NCBI GenBank assembly: GCA_040218735.1
Contig: JAVJQW010000019.1
Coordinates: 320,001-384,000 of the forward strand
Origin: Deltaproteobacteria bacterium
Lineage (GTDB): Bacteria; Myxococcota; Kuafuiibacteriia; Kuafuiibacteriales; Kuafuiibacteriaceae
DNA length: 64,000 nucleotides
Reading direction: 5' to 3'
Shown piece after piece: positions 49,406-61,709 of this stretch. The position numbers were made by a program, and so were the translations under genes. Each line of letters begins with the position of its first letter. Position 1 is the first letter of the stretch. The notes beneath the pieces were generated by a model. That model worked only from the letters and a program-made list of their open reading frames with translations. It made no database searches and had not been told where the DNA came from.

Positions 49406-50910
49406 TGCACGCCGGCGGCCGGTTCCGTCTTCGACGCGGCGACCGCGTTGCTCGAGCGGAAGCGCGCGAGCGCGATACCTATGCGGTCCTGGATGCGCCA
49501 CATCGTGCGCGCGCGGCCCGCGTAGTCGTTCATCATCACGCTGAACACGAGGATGTCGTTCGTCGGCGTGGTGACGTAACCCGACAGCGCGCTGACGCCG
49601 GTGAGGGAGCCGGTCTTCGCGCGCAAGCGAAGTTGCGCGGGGGAGTTTTCGAAGCGCCCGTTGATCGTCCCGGAGCGTCCGGCGACCGCGAGCGACGACA
49701 CGAACTCGGGGCGCAGGTCGAAGCGCTCGTACATCGCTTCGAGCACCTGCCCGATCTGCTGCGGCGTCACGCGGTTGACGTCGTTGAGGCCGGAGCCGTT
49801 CGCGAGCACGAAGGTCTCGTCCTCGACGCCCAGCTCCACGAGGAAGTCGCGGATCGCCTGGTTGCCCTTGTTCCAGGTCCCCGGCGGCTCGGACAGCTCG
49901 GCGCCGACCGTTTTGAGGATCTGCTCCGCCATGAAGTTGTTCGAGTACTTGTTGAGCGTCGAGACGATCTCCGCGAGCGGGCGCGACCAGTGCGTGGCGA
50001 CCGGCAGCGTGCCGCGCGTCGGCATCACGCCGATCTTCACGCGCCCGCGGACGTCGATGCCGCGCATCTCCATCAGGTGGTGGATGAGCCAACCCGCGTA
50101 CGTGGTCGGGTTGTGCACGCGCTTCCGGACGACGAGGCCCTCGTAGTAGTTCGTCGGCAGGCTGCCGCGCACCGTGACGCGCACGCCGTCGCCGACGCGG
50201 GTGGTGCCGGTCCAGATGCGGGAGCGCGCGCCGCGGCCGCGCGTGTACGCGGAGACGACGGCCTCGAGCCCCGGGACGGGCGGCCACACTTCGGCCTTCA
50301 CCGGCGCGCCGATGCGATCGCCGGGCAGGATGCGGACCTCGAACGTGTTGAAGTTCGCGGACAGCGCGCCGATCGGCGCGGCGTAGGCGTGGTCGCCGAT
50401 CTCCTGGTCCCAGCCGGGGCCCTCGGAGACGTCGTCGAAGAACGTCGGGTCGATGATGACGTGTCCGGTGATCTTCTTGATACCGCGCAGCGCGATCTGG
50501 TTGACGAAGCCGAACAGCTCCTCGGTCGTGAGGGTCGGGTCGCCGTACCCCTTGATGTACAGGTTACCGTGCAGGACGCCGTTGTCGAGCGAGCGGTCGC
50601 GGCGCGCTTCGGTGCGGAAGCGGTACGTCGGCCCGAGGTACCACAGCGCGGTGGCCGTGGTGAGGATCTTCATGTTCGAGGCGGGGTTGAACAGCTTGCC
50701 GCCGTTGTGGTCGAACAGGACGCGGTCGTTCTTGATGGAGCGGATGTGCACGCCAGCGAACGCGTTCTCGAGCTCGGGGGCGCGGAGGATCTCTTCGAGC
50801 TCGGCGACGAGCCGCTTCTCGCTGGGATCGTCGGCCCAGGCCGTACCCGGCGCACCGGCGCTTGCGCCCCAGACGACCGTAGACAGCGCGATGATCGGAA
50901 CCCAGCGCAT
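49402..50910 (-). CDS. dacB: D-Ala-D-Ala carboxypeptidase/endopeptidase (PBP4, peptidase S13)
   Basis: PASNMK (SxxK), GYGDPTL, KYSNNF (SxN), GSGL, AKTGSL (KTG). Confidence 0.95.
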   Translation of the reverse strand: MRWVPIIALSTVVWGASAGAPGTAWADDPSEKRLVAELEEILRAPELENAFAGVHIRSIKNDRVLFDHNGGKLFNPASNMKILTTATALWYLGPTYRFRTEARRDRSLDNGVLHGNLYIKGYGDPTLTTEELFGFVNQIALRGIKKITGHVIIDPTFFDDVSEGPGWDQEIGDHAYAAPIGALSANFNTFEVRILPGDRIGAPVKAEVWPPVPGLEAVVSAYTRGRGARSRIWTGTTRVGDGVRVTVRGSLPTNYYEGLVVRKRVHNPTTYAGWLIHHLMEMRGIDVRGRVKIGVMPTRGTLPVATHWSRPLAEIVSTLNKYSNNFMAEQILKTVGAELSEPPGTWNKGNQAIRDFLVELGVEDETFVLANGSGLNDVNRVTPQQIGQVLEAMYERFDLRPEFVSSLAVAGRSGTINGRFENSPAQLRLRAKTGSLTGVSALSGYVTTPTNDILVFSVMMNDYAGRARTMWRIQDRIGIALARFRSSNAVAASKTEPAAGVQ

Positions 50911-51021
50911 GACGCGACCCGACGAGGATAACATCCACGCCGACCAAAACGACAGCAACGGACCGCGAAGAAACCATCTTCGTTCGGCCGCGCGCGAACG
51001 TTCCGTGTACGAGGAGCATCC

Positions 51022-52218
51022 ATGACACCCAGCGACCTCTCCACCCGCGTCGGCCAGCTCCTCGTGGGCGGCTTCGACGGCCTCACCGTCGACGACGACT
51101 TCGCCGACCTCGTCCGCACCGGTCGCGTCGGTGGCGCGATCCTCTTCGCGCGAAACCTCGGCAAGGTCGCCCGCGACGACGGCACCGAGGCGTGGGACCC
51201 CGAGCAGACCGCGTCGCTCCTCGCGTCGCTCGCGTCGCTCCCCGCGCCGGCGCCGCTGCTGTTCTCCATCGACCAGGAGGGCGGTCGCGTGCAGCGGCTG
51301 CGTGATCCGTTCCCCGAGCTCCCCCCGATGCGGAAGGTCGGGGAGGCCAACCGCAAGACGCTGGCCCTCGGGGCGGGTGCGTTGCTCGCGGAGATGTTGT
51401 CGGCGGTCGGATTCCACCAGGACTACGCGCCGGTCCTCGACGTCGACAGCAACCCGGACAACCCGATCATCGGGGATCGCGCGTTCTCGAGCGACCCCAA
51501 CCAGGTCGCGCGCCTCGCTTCGGCGTTCATCGAGGGCCTGCAGTCGGGCGGTGTCGCGGCGTGCGGCAAACACTTCCCGGGCCATGGTGATACCAACGTC
51601 GACAGTCACCTCGCGCTTCCCCGACTCGATCACGATCACGAACGTCTGCACGCGATCGAGCTCGTGCCGTTCGTCGCGGCGGCGCGGGTGGACGTGGCGG
51701 CGATCATGACCGCGCACATCCTGTTCCCGGCGCTCGACCCGGACCACCCGGCGACGCTCTCGGAGCGTGTGCTCGTCCCCTTGCTGAGAGAACGGATCGG
51801 CTACCGCGGCATTATCGTAAGTGACGATCTCGAGATGAAGGCCATCGCGGATCACTACGGCGTGGAGGACGCCGCGGTGCGTGCCGTGCGGGCGGGGTGC
51901 GACCAGCTCCTGATCTGCTCCAAGCCCGACTGGATCGCGCGCGCGCACGAGGCGCTGGTGAAGGCCGTCGAGGGGGGCGCGCTCTCCGCGGACCGCGTCG
52001 AGGAGGCGGCGGGGCGCGTGGAGGCCTTCAAGGCGCGCTGGGTCGCGGGCCGCCCGAGGCCGGATCCGTCGCGCGTGGCGTCTGCGTTTCCGACGCACAA
52101 GATCGAAGCGCTCCTCGTGGACCTCGCCCACCCGCCGGCGCCGCTCGCCGACGGGGAGGAGCTGGTCGAGTACGAGTTCGAGGGGGATCCGGACGTCTCG
52201 TTGGAATTGGAGACCTGA
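51022..52218 (+). CDS. nagZ: Beta-N-acetylhexosaminidase (GH3)
   Basis: IDQEGGRVQRL, APVLD, KHFPGHG..VDSH, SDDLEM. Confidence 0.95.
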   Translation: MTPSDLSTRVGQLLVGGFDGLTVDDDFADLVRTGRVGGAILFARNLGKVARDDGTEAWDPEQTASLLASLASLPAPAPLLFSIDQEGGRVQRLRDPFPELPPMRKVGEANRKTLALGAGALLAEMLSAVGFHQDYAPVLDVDSNPDNPIIGDRAFSSDPNQVARLASAFIEGLQSGGVAACGKHFPGHGDTNVDSHLALPRLDHDHERLHAIELVPFVAAARVDVAAIMTAHILFPALDPDHPATLSERVLVPLLRERIGYRGIIVSDDLEMKAIADHYGVEDAAVRAVRAGCDQLLICSKPDWIARAHEALVKAVEGGALSADRVEEAAGRVEAFKARWVAGRPRPDPSRVASAFPTHKIEALLVDLAHPPAPLADGEELVEYEFEGDPDVSLELET

Positions 52219-52266
52219 TGGGCCGATCGTCGTTGACCGGGCGGGGGGAGTTCCTAGTCTGAGATC

Positions 52267-52611
52267 ATGTCGATCGTCGTCGGACTCCTCCTCAAGGCCT
52301 TCTTCATCCTGGTCATCGCCAAGGCGATCCCGGGGGTCCGCATCCAGGGGTTCGGCTCGGCGCTCGGTGTTGCGGTCGTGTACGCAGTCTTGAGCTACCT
52401 GCTCAAGGGCTTGCTCGTGACGCTCTCGCTCCCCTTCATCATCGTGACGTTCGGTCTGTTCATGCTGGTGGTGAACGGGTTCCTGCTGTGGATCACCGAC
52501 AAGCTCCTCGCGAGCTTCGAGATCAAGAACCTCCCGGCGCACATCCTCGCGACCGTCGGCATCACGGTCAGCACCATGGGTGTCGACCACATCGTCGCCC
52601 GCCTGTTCTAG
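52267..52611 (+). CDS. Phage-holin-family (YvlD-like) four-TM membrane protein
   Basis: LSLPFIIVTFGLFMLVVNG signature. Confidence 0.85.
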   Translation: MSIVVGLLLKAFFILVIAKAIPGVRIQGFGSALGVAVVYAVLSYLLKGLLVTLSLPFIIVTFGLFMLVVNGFLLWITDKLLASFEIKNLPAHILATVGITVSTMGVDHIVARLF

Positions 52612-52760
52612 GCCGAAGCCCGCCGCGAATGCGGCGGATCTGAGGACTGTGCCAAGGTCACTCGCGAAGCGAGGGACCGTTATGGCCTGGTTGGCTGAGG
52701 CCCCCTGCTGATCGCCCGGGCGTTGTGGTGTCGGCCCCGCAGGGTTGGTAGCTTCCCCAC

Positions 52761-53795
52761 GTGGCGTGGCGGGGAGGGTGGTTCGTCGTCCTGACGATCG
52801 CGGCGTGTAAGACGACGCCAGCGCCTCCACCGCCTCCTCCACCGCCGCCGCCTCCGCCGCCCGCGGTGAACCACTGCGCGCCGACCGTCGCGTCGTGCCT
52901 CGACGCCGCGGAGCGGATGGCCGACGACGCGCTCGCCGAAGGTCTGACCCACGCGCGGATCTGTGCGGCGTGCCCGGGTGCGCCGCCGACGGCGTATCGG
53001 CTCCTCGCTTCGCTCGAGAGTGACAGCGGTGACGACGCCGCGGCGCTCGCGACGCTCCGCTCGGGCGCCGAGCGGTTCGAGCACAACGGCACCCTGTGGC
53101 TCGCGCTCGCGCGCGCGGAGATGGAGGCGAAGCACGCGCGCCGCGGCATCCGTGCGTACGCGAAGGCGCAGCAGCTCGCGCCGAACGACGACAACGTCGC
53201 GCGCGAGTACGAGTACGCGCTCACGCAGCACGGCACCGAGTCCGAGAAGATCGAAGCGAAGGTCGCGCCGCTGCTCCTCGAAGCCGTCGGGCGCTACGAG
53301 CTCGACGACGTGAAGGGCGCCGCCGCCACCCTCGCGGTCGCGCTGAAGACCGCGAAGGGGGCACCCAAGCTGGAGGCGAAGGTGCACCACCGGCTCGCGC
53401 TGCTCGCGATGTCGCAGGGCGATTCGAAGGGCGCGCACAAACACTTCGCGTCGGCGCTCGCGTTGGTCCCCGACGCGAGGCCCCCGCGCGCGGACCTGTT
53501 GCTCGGGTACGCGGAGCTGTTGGTGCTCGACGGGCGCATCGAGGACGCGATCAAGGCCGCGAAGGAGTCCGTGAAGATCGATCCCGCGCAGCCGCTCGCG
53601 CACACCAACCTCGCGGTGGCCTACGCGGAGCTCGGCAAGATCGACGAGGCGCTCACGTCGTTGAAGCGTGCGTCCGAGTCCGGGCTGTCTCGGCGCCTGT
53701 CGCGCGACGCGCTCCTGCAGATCGGCGGGCTGTCGAAGCTCGCCGAGGATCCGCGCTTCACGAAGTGGCTGGATCGGACGTGGCCGAAGCCGTGA
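52761..53795 (+). CDS. TPR repeat lipoprotein
   Basis: Lipobox IAAC, poly-Pro linker, TPR helices. Confidence 0.85.
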   Translation: MAWRGGWFVVLTIAACKTTPAPPPPPPPPPPPPPAVNHCAPTVASCLDAAERMADDALAEGLTHARICAACPGAPPTAYRLLASLESDSGDDAAALATLRSGAERFEHNGTLWLALARAEMEAKHARRGIRAYAKAQQLAPNDDNVAREYEYALTQHGTESEKIEAKVAPLLLEAVGRYELDDVKGAAATLAVALKTAKGAPKLEAKVHHRLALLAMSQGDSKGAHKHFASALALVPDARPPRADLLLGYAELLVLDGRIEDAIKAAKESVKIDPAQPLAHTNLAVAYAELGKIDEALTSLKRASESGLSRRLSRDALLQIGGLSKLAEDPRFTKWLDRTWPKP

Positions 53796-54642
53796 GCACG
53801 AAACACGCCGGGTAGACGCTGCGCTCCGGCGTCAGGTACCGGCGCTGCAGCTCGCTCGGGTCCGCGAGGTCGTCGACGACGAAGCCCTGGCGCTCCAGGA
53901 ACGACGGCGCGTCCTCGGGGTGGATGCCGAACGTGATCGGCTCGCCGAGGAGGTGCAGCAGGCTCGCCGATGCGCGGCGGAGGGTGGAGAGCCAGTCCGT
54001 CGAGTCGAGCAGGAACCAGAAGTCCATCGCGACCTGCGAGCCCGGGCCGCCGAGCGCGCGGAGGGTGTCGAGCGTCGATTTCACGGCGTCTCGGGTGAGG
54101 TACATCGAGACCCCCTCCCAGACGAAGAACGTTCGGCGCCCGAGCGCGAAGCCGACGCCGGTGAGGACGTCCTCGATGCGCTCGCGCAGAAAGTCGATCT
54201 CCACCGCCGTCACCGCGACGCTCGGCAGCTCGTCGCGGTGCGCTTGGACGATCTCCTGCTTGCGACGGCTCGTCGCGAAGAAGTCGAGCTCGTACACCGG
54301 CCGTTCGCCGAGCTGATCGGCGAACCGATACGCGCGGGTGTCGTAGCCGGCGCCCAGGAGGACGACCTGCTCGGCGCCCGCGGCGAGCGCCTTCGTGAGG
54401 GCGTCGTCGATGAAGCGGTGGCGCGCGACGATGTACGTCGACAGCCCGGTCGGCGTCTTGTCCTCCGCGAGGCGTCCGAGGCGCCCCGTCGCCTCGAGCG
54501 TCGCGAGCGCCGTGCGGGTGAGCGGCCCGAGGAACCACTTCGCGAAGGGATCGTCGAGCGCGCGCTCGGGTTCGGGGCGCCGCCGCTCGGCGGCGCGATA
54601 CAGACACACCATCTCCGCCGTGCGGCTCGGCTCGTCCTTCAC
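53758..54642 (-). CDS. SAM-dependent methyltransferase (leucine carboxyl methyltransferase-like)
   Basis: SRTA...RA, DPFA, QVVLLGAGYDTRAYR, WEGVSMYL. Confidence 0.92.
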   Translation of the reverse strand: MKDEPSRTAEMVCLYRAAERRRPEPERALDDPFAKWFLGPLTRTALATLEATGRLGRLAEDKTPTGLSTYIVARHRFIDDALTKALAAGAEQVVLLGAGYDTRAYRFADQLGERPVYELDFFATSRRKQEIVQAHRDELPSVAVTAVEIDFLRERIEDVLTGVGFALGRRTFFVWEGVSMYLTRDAVKSTLDTLRALGGPGSQVAMDFWFLLDSTDWLSTLRRASASLLHLLGEPITFGIHPEDAPSFLERQGFVVDDLADPSELQRRYLTPERSVYPACFVLTASATSDPATS

Positions 54643-54714
54643 GTTGGCAGATATCCTAGCTCAGCTTCGGGTGCGTCTCGACACCTGGCCCGGCGCGGGG
54701 GCCAGGGGTCACGA

Positions 54715-55890
54715 CTAGGCGTGAAGCTCTTCCAGGTCCCTGAAGAGCGACTCCAGCTTCGGCGACGCTCTGCGCTCCTGCCCCACGAATTTCTCAACTT
54801 CAAGCTCTTCGAGCGCGGCGTCGATGATCTCCAGCAGACGCGGCTCACGCGGGTGCGCGGCGAACGCGAGGCTCCGTGTCGGCTTCTGAGGAGCGACGCT
54901 CTTGACCAGATCCACGCGAACCAGTTCGGAGTACTCGGCCTTCAGGTGAAGCGCCTCGATGTCGTCGGTGATGACGACGACCGGTGTCGTACGTGACGCC
55001 GCGCGGAGCTCTCGGATCGGATCGTCGCACTCCTGGACCTCGACCTCCGCGGGCACGGCCGAGGCGACCAACGATCGCACGATAGAACCGCGAGCGATCA
55101 TGACCTGCGTGCCTTCGAGGTCCGTCAGAGTCTTCGAGCGGTGGATCGCGGCGGCCGTCGCTTCCGGGAAGTGATTGCGGTTGCACACTGCGCTCGCCCC
55201 GACCCGCAGCGCTGGGCACTGGATGGGTTTGGAGAAGGACACATGAAACAAGCGACTCGGGTTGCGCAGGACCGTCGCCGCGACGTCAATCGTGCCGTCA
55301 TGAATGGCCGAGATGAAGTCCAATCCGTCCTTCTGCTCCTCGGATATGTCGACGAACTCGACCTCGACCTCCATGATGTCTCGCACCCGCTCCGTCAGCT
55401 TTTGTAGAAGCGCCGTGAAGGCGGGCGCTGAGCTGAAGGGTTGTGCAACCACGAGACGATGCTTCCCTTGGTAGACACGGTCGAGGACGACGTTCTTCGG
55501 GCGTCCGCGGATCGCAGAGAATCCAGCGGATTCGAGGAACTCATTGAGCAGCTCGTCGAGGTCGTCTAGGCCGTAGAGGTAGAGTGCGTCTCGATCCCAC
55601 TCGTCACCACGGCCACGTCGGTTGGGGTTGCAGCGAAACTCGACGCGTTCGCCCTCCCTCCGTTCGATCCGGTCGACGTGTCGGGCGATCGCATGGACGA
55701 CGCGGTTGATCTCACGCCTTGATATCGGCACCCGTGGTTTGTTCGGAGACTTCCAGGCTTGTCTCAGCCAGGCTCCTCCCGCACCAAGTTCGACTAGAAA
55801 TGCCTCCCTATCCAGATCCACAGAGTGCACGTAGGTATCGATGAGATCGATGAAACGGGGGGATGCGAGATGTCGGTTGGACTTGGTCAT
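54715..55890 (-). CDS. Cytoplasmic protein: putative HTH-like N-terminus plus type 2 periplasmic-binding-fold domain
   Basis: No signal peptide; VEVEFV...ISAIHDGTIDV...R...VSFSKP, LTDLEG and INxAL-like IIDAAL motifs of the amino-acid-binding fold; ATG overlaps the upstream stop. Confidence 0.6.
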   Translation of the reverse strand: MTKSNRHLASPRFIDLIDTYVHSVDLDREAFLVELGAGGAWLRQAWKSPNKPRVPISRREINRVVHAIARHVDRIERREGERVEFRCNPNRRGRGDEWDRDALYLYGLDDLDELLNEFLESAGFSAIRGRPKNVVLDRVYQGKHRLVVAQPFSSAPAFTALLQKLTERVRDIMEVEVEFVDISEEQKDGLDFISAIHDGTIDVAATVLRNPSRLFHVSFSKPIQCPALRVGASAVCNRNHFPEATAAAIHRSKTLTDLEGTQVMIARGSIVRSLVASAVPAEVEVQECDDPIRELRAASRTTPVVVITDDIEALHLKAEYSELVRVDLVKSVAPQKPTRSLAFAAHPREPRLLEIIDAALEELEVEKFVGQERRASPKLESLFRDLEELHA

Positions 55891-56504
55891 CGACGTCCTC
55901 CTGAAGAGTTGGAGTCCAGCGTACCCGGTGCGCGCGCGCCCTTCGATAGGTTGTCTGCCCGGGACCGTACTGACGCGTTCCCGTAGCTGTTGGCGCCTCC
56001 TTTCGAACGGGGGACGATGTGATCGACGTGGGCCTCGTTCTTGGGTGGTGTCACGCCCTTGGTATGCTGTTGTGCTTTTCGAAGGGGCGCTCCCGTGGCG
56101 TCGTCCCGCATGCGATGGCCGTTGAGCTGGAGGTTCCGCTGTCGGATGCGTTGCTTTTGACCGTGCGCGAACTCTCGGCCACGCCCCACCTTCGAGCGGC
56201 TCACGATGTCGCCGTAGGGCTTCTTCGTGGCGGGTAGCCCGTAGGTCGTCACGTGAGGACGAGCGTCGGCCTTCGCTTGCGCCGACGTCGTCGAAACCGA
56301 ACCCTTCGACCCGCGACGCACGACGAGGCGCTGCGTGCCGTGTGCCCGAAGCACCGTCCGTGTCGTCTTGGTGGCCTTCGCACCGCGCGTTACGCGCGCG
56401 CCTTTCAGCAGCCGGAATGGGTTGAAGGCGTACGCCTCCGAACTCAAGCCGACGCCGGCCCCGACGAGAAATACACACAATAGGTTGCGCAAGAACATCA
56501 ACAT
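55887..56504 (-). CDS. Signal-peptide-bearing HNH endonuclease (toxin-type domain)
   Basis: Signal peptide ending EAYA; KGVTPPKNEAHVDHIVPRSKGGANSYGN...N..K. Confidence 0.85.
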   Translation of the reverse strand: MLMFLRNLLCVFLVGAGVGLSSEAYAFNPFRLLKGARVTRGAKATKTTRTVLRAHGTQRLVVRRGSKGSVSTTSAQAKADARPHVTTYGLPATKKPYGDIVSRSKVGRGREFAHGQKQRIRQRNLQLNGHRMRDDATGAPLRKAQQHTKGVTPPKNEAHVDHIVPRSKGGANSYGNASVRSRADNLSKGARAPGTLDSNSSGGRR

Positions 56505-56519
56505 TCCTTTCTCCGTGGG

Positions 56520-57677
56520 TTACCGACGGCGAAGGACGGGCCGCACTTTCGAGAGCGGGCGGACCCGCTTGAGTGCGCGGGCTGCGATGGGTAGGCCTCG
56601 TCCGGCCCGGACACCCTTCAGGAACTTGGGTCCGGGAACGAACCAGCTCAGGAGGTCGCCCTGCATTGCCTCGCGCTTGTGTAAGAGCTGGTGCTCGAGC
56701 AGCTCGAAGTCGAGTCCGCGCGCACATTCGGCGGCGCGGTCGAGTGCGACGCGGGTATCGTAGTCGCGCTCGTCCAGTGATGAGGAGAGCGCTTCGTCGA
56801 CGCCCATCAGCAGGCCGCAACCCAGTTCGTTCAGGAATCCGAACGTCACGCCGTCGAAGAACGACCAAGTCGTGGTTCGCTGCGCGGCTTCGTCCGTGAA
56901 GTTCTTGTGGTTGAACGGGAAGAAGGCCGGCACAAGCTCGCCGTCGAAGACCTCGCCGCTCCGGCGAACGGAGATCGGGAGCGGGGTCGTTCGCGAGAGG
57001 GGGATCTCGTCCAGTGCGGTCACCAGTGTTGAAGAACGCCCGATGGGTATGCCGTCGAACTCGACGATGTAGTCACCGACCTGGAGCCCGAGCTCCTCGC
57101 CGGGCATGCCTGGATGGATGCGTGTGATTTGCAACCCCTGGGCGACGTCTCGGAGGCCGATGCCAATCTGGAACGGCGCTTCGCGCCCCTCCGATTCGAG
57201 CAAAAGGGCTTCGTAGGCCATACGCCCACGGAGGATGCGAGCGACCTCCGGTGCTTCGCTCACCGTGGCTCTTGACGGGCCGAGGAGCGTGAGACGATTC
57301 GATTTCCCGCTGAGTTTCCCTCGGTGAAAGCCGCGTGTGGTTTTGCAGCCGTCGTAGTTGCGCTCGAAGGCCTCACTCGGGTCGACGCACATCTGATGCG
57401 GGCCGCTCCAGACCAACCCCCCGGAGGTCCCTGAGATCCACTTGGCCAGCTCGCTCCGAGATTCCGCGAAGTAGAAGAATGCCTCGCCCTGCACATCCTC
57501 GAAGCGGGTACATGCTCCTGGCTCCATTGCGTACCATCCCCGCGTCCGGAACCCCCGGTCGTCGCGGTATGCGGTGGCGACGTAGCTCTGAACGGGCGCG
57601 GCGTTGCACAACTCGACCTCTGTGCCTTCGGCGGGTGCCGCAACTAGTAAGAATAGATGGGAAAGGGCTTTGGCCAT
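56520..57677 (-). CDS. Secreted DUF1036 plus PDZ domain protein
   Basis: LCN..VATAY..RGWY..PGAC..FYFAE..WSG..C (DUF1036-like); IGIGL..ITRIHPGMPG..GLQVGDYIV (PDZ); basic C-terminus. Confidence 0.8.
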   Translation of the reverse strand: MAKALSHLFLLVAAPAEGTEVELCNAAPVQSYVATAYRDDRGFRTRGWYAMEPGACTRFEDVQGEAFFYFAESRSELAKWISGTSGGLVWSGPHQMCVDPSEAFERNYDGCKTTRGFHRGKLSGKSNRLTLLGPSRATVSEAPEVARILRGRMAYEALLLESEGREAPFQIGIGLRDVAQGLQITRIHPGMPGEELGLQVGDYIVEFDGIPIGRSSTLVTALDEIPLSRTTPLPISVRRSGEVFDGELVPAFFPFNHKNFTDEAAQRTTTWSFFDGVTFGFLNELGCGLLMGVDEALSSSLDERDYDTRVALDRAAECARGLDFELLEHQLLHKREAMQGDLLSWFVPGPKFLKGVRAGRGLPIAARALKRVRPLSKVRPVLRRR

Positions 57678-57892
57678 GAAGGACTCCAGGTCGTAGCACT
57701 GAGTCGCCTGGATTGAGCTCCAGCGCGCTTGCTACGTTTCCTCCACTCTAGCGGGCCTCATACGGCCAGCCAGTGGCTCCGGATTCCTTGCGGTCGTTTC
57801 TCGTTTTTACTGGAAAGTCCGAACTCAGCCGGCTTTCCTACGGGCCCGGGTGGGATCGCTAACTCGACAATCGCGGCGCGAAGCGGCCAAGA

Positions 57893-61564
<3,672 letters not shown>

Positions 61565-61709
61565 GAGAGGCCCATCGTAGGGTTGGGTTCGCTGTGAACG
61601 CCAGTCCTCGGCCGCCGGGTGCGCGCGGCCAACCGATGGGGGAATGTGCGGGCATGTCGGATTCGCCAGCGGACGTAAGGAACCGACGCCCGCGGCAACC
61701 CACCCTCCG

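Noticed and set aside
52267-52611. Prophage suggested by the holin annotation
   Set aside because: This family is common in chromosomes; no endolysin, capsid, tail or integrase genes are nearby
52612-52700. Hammerhead ribozyme (CTGAGGA fits CUGANGA) or tRNA
   Set aside because: No correctly placed GAAA and NUH elements, and no cloverleaf or T-loop motif
49402-52842. 1146-aa ORF read as a giant DacB fusion
   Set aside because: The upstream part is antisense to nagZ and the holin-like gene; the signal-peptide start is at about 50910
54715-56868. 717-aa ORF as a single protein
   Set aside because: The first half overlaps the HNH gene out of frame; the plausible start is the ATG at 55890 coupled to the HNH stop
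54643-57892. att sites or target duplication around the atypical operon
   Set aside because: Only trivial 6-bp matches (e.g. gactag at stop codons) were found by eye
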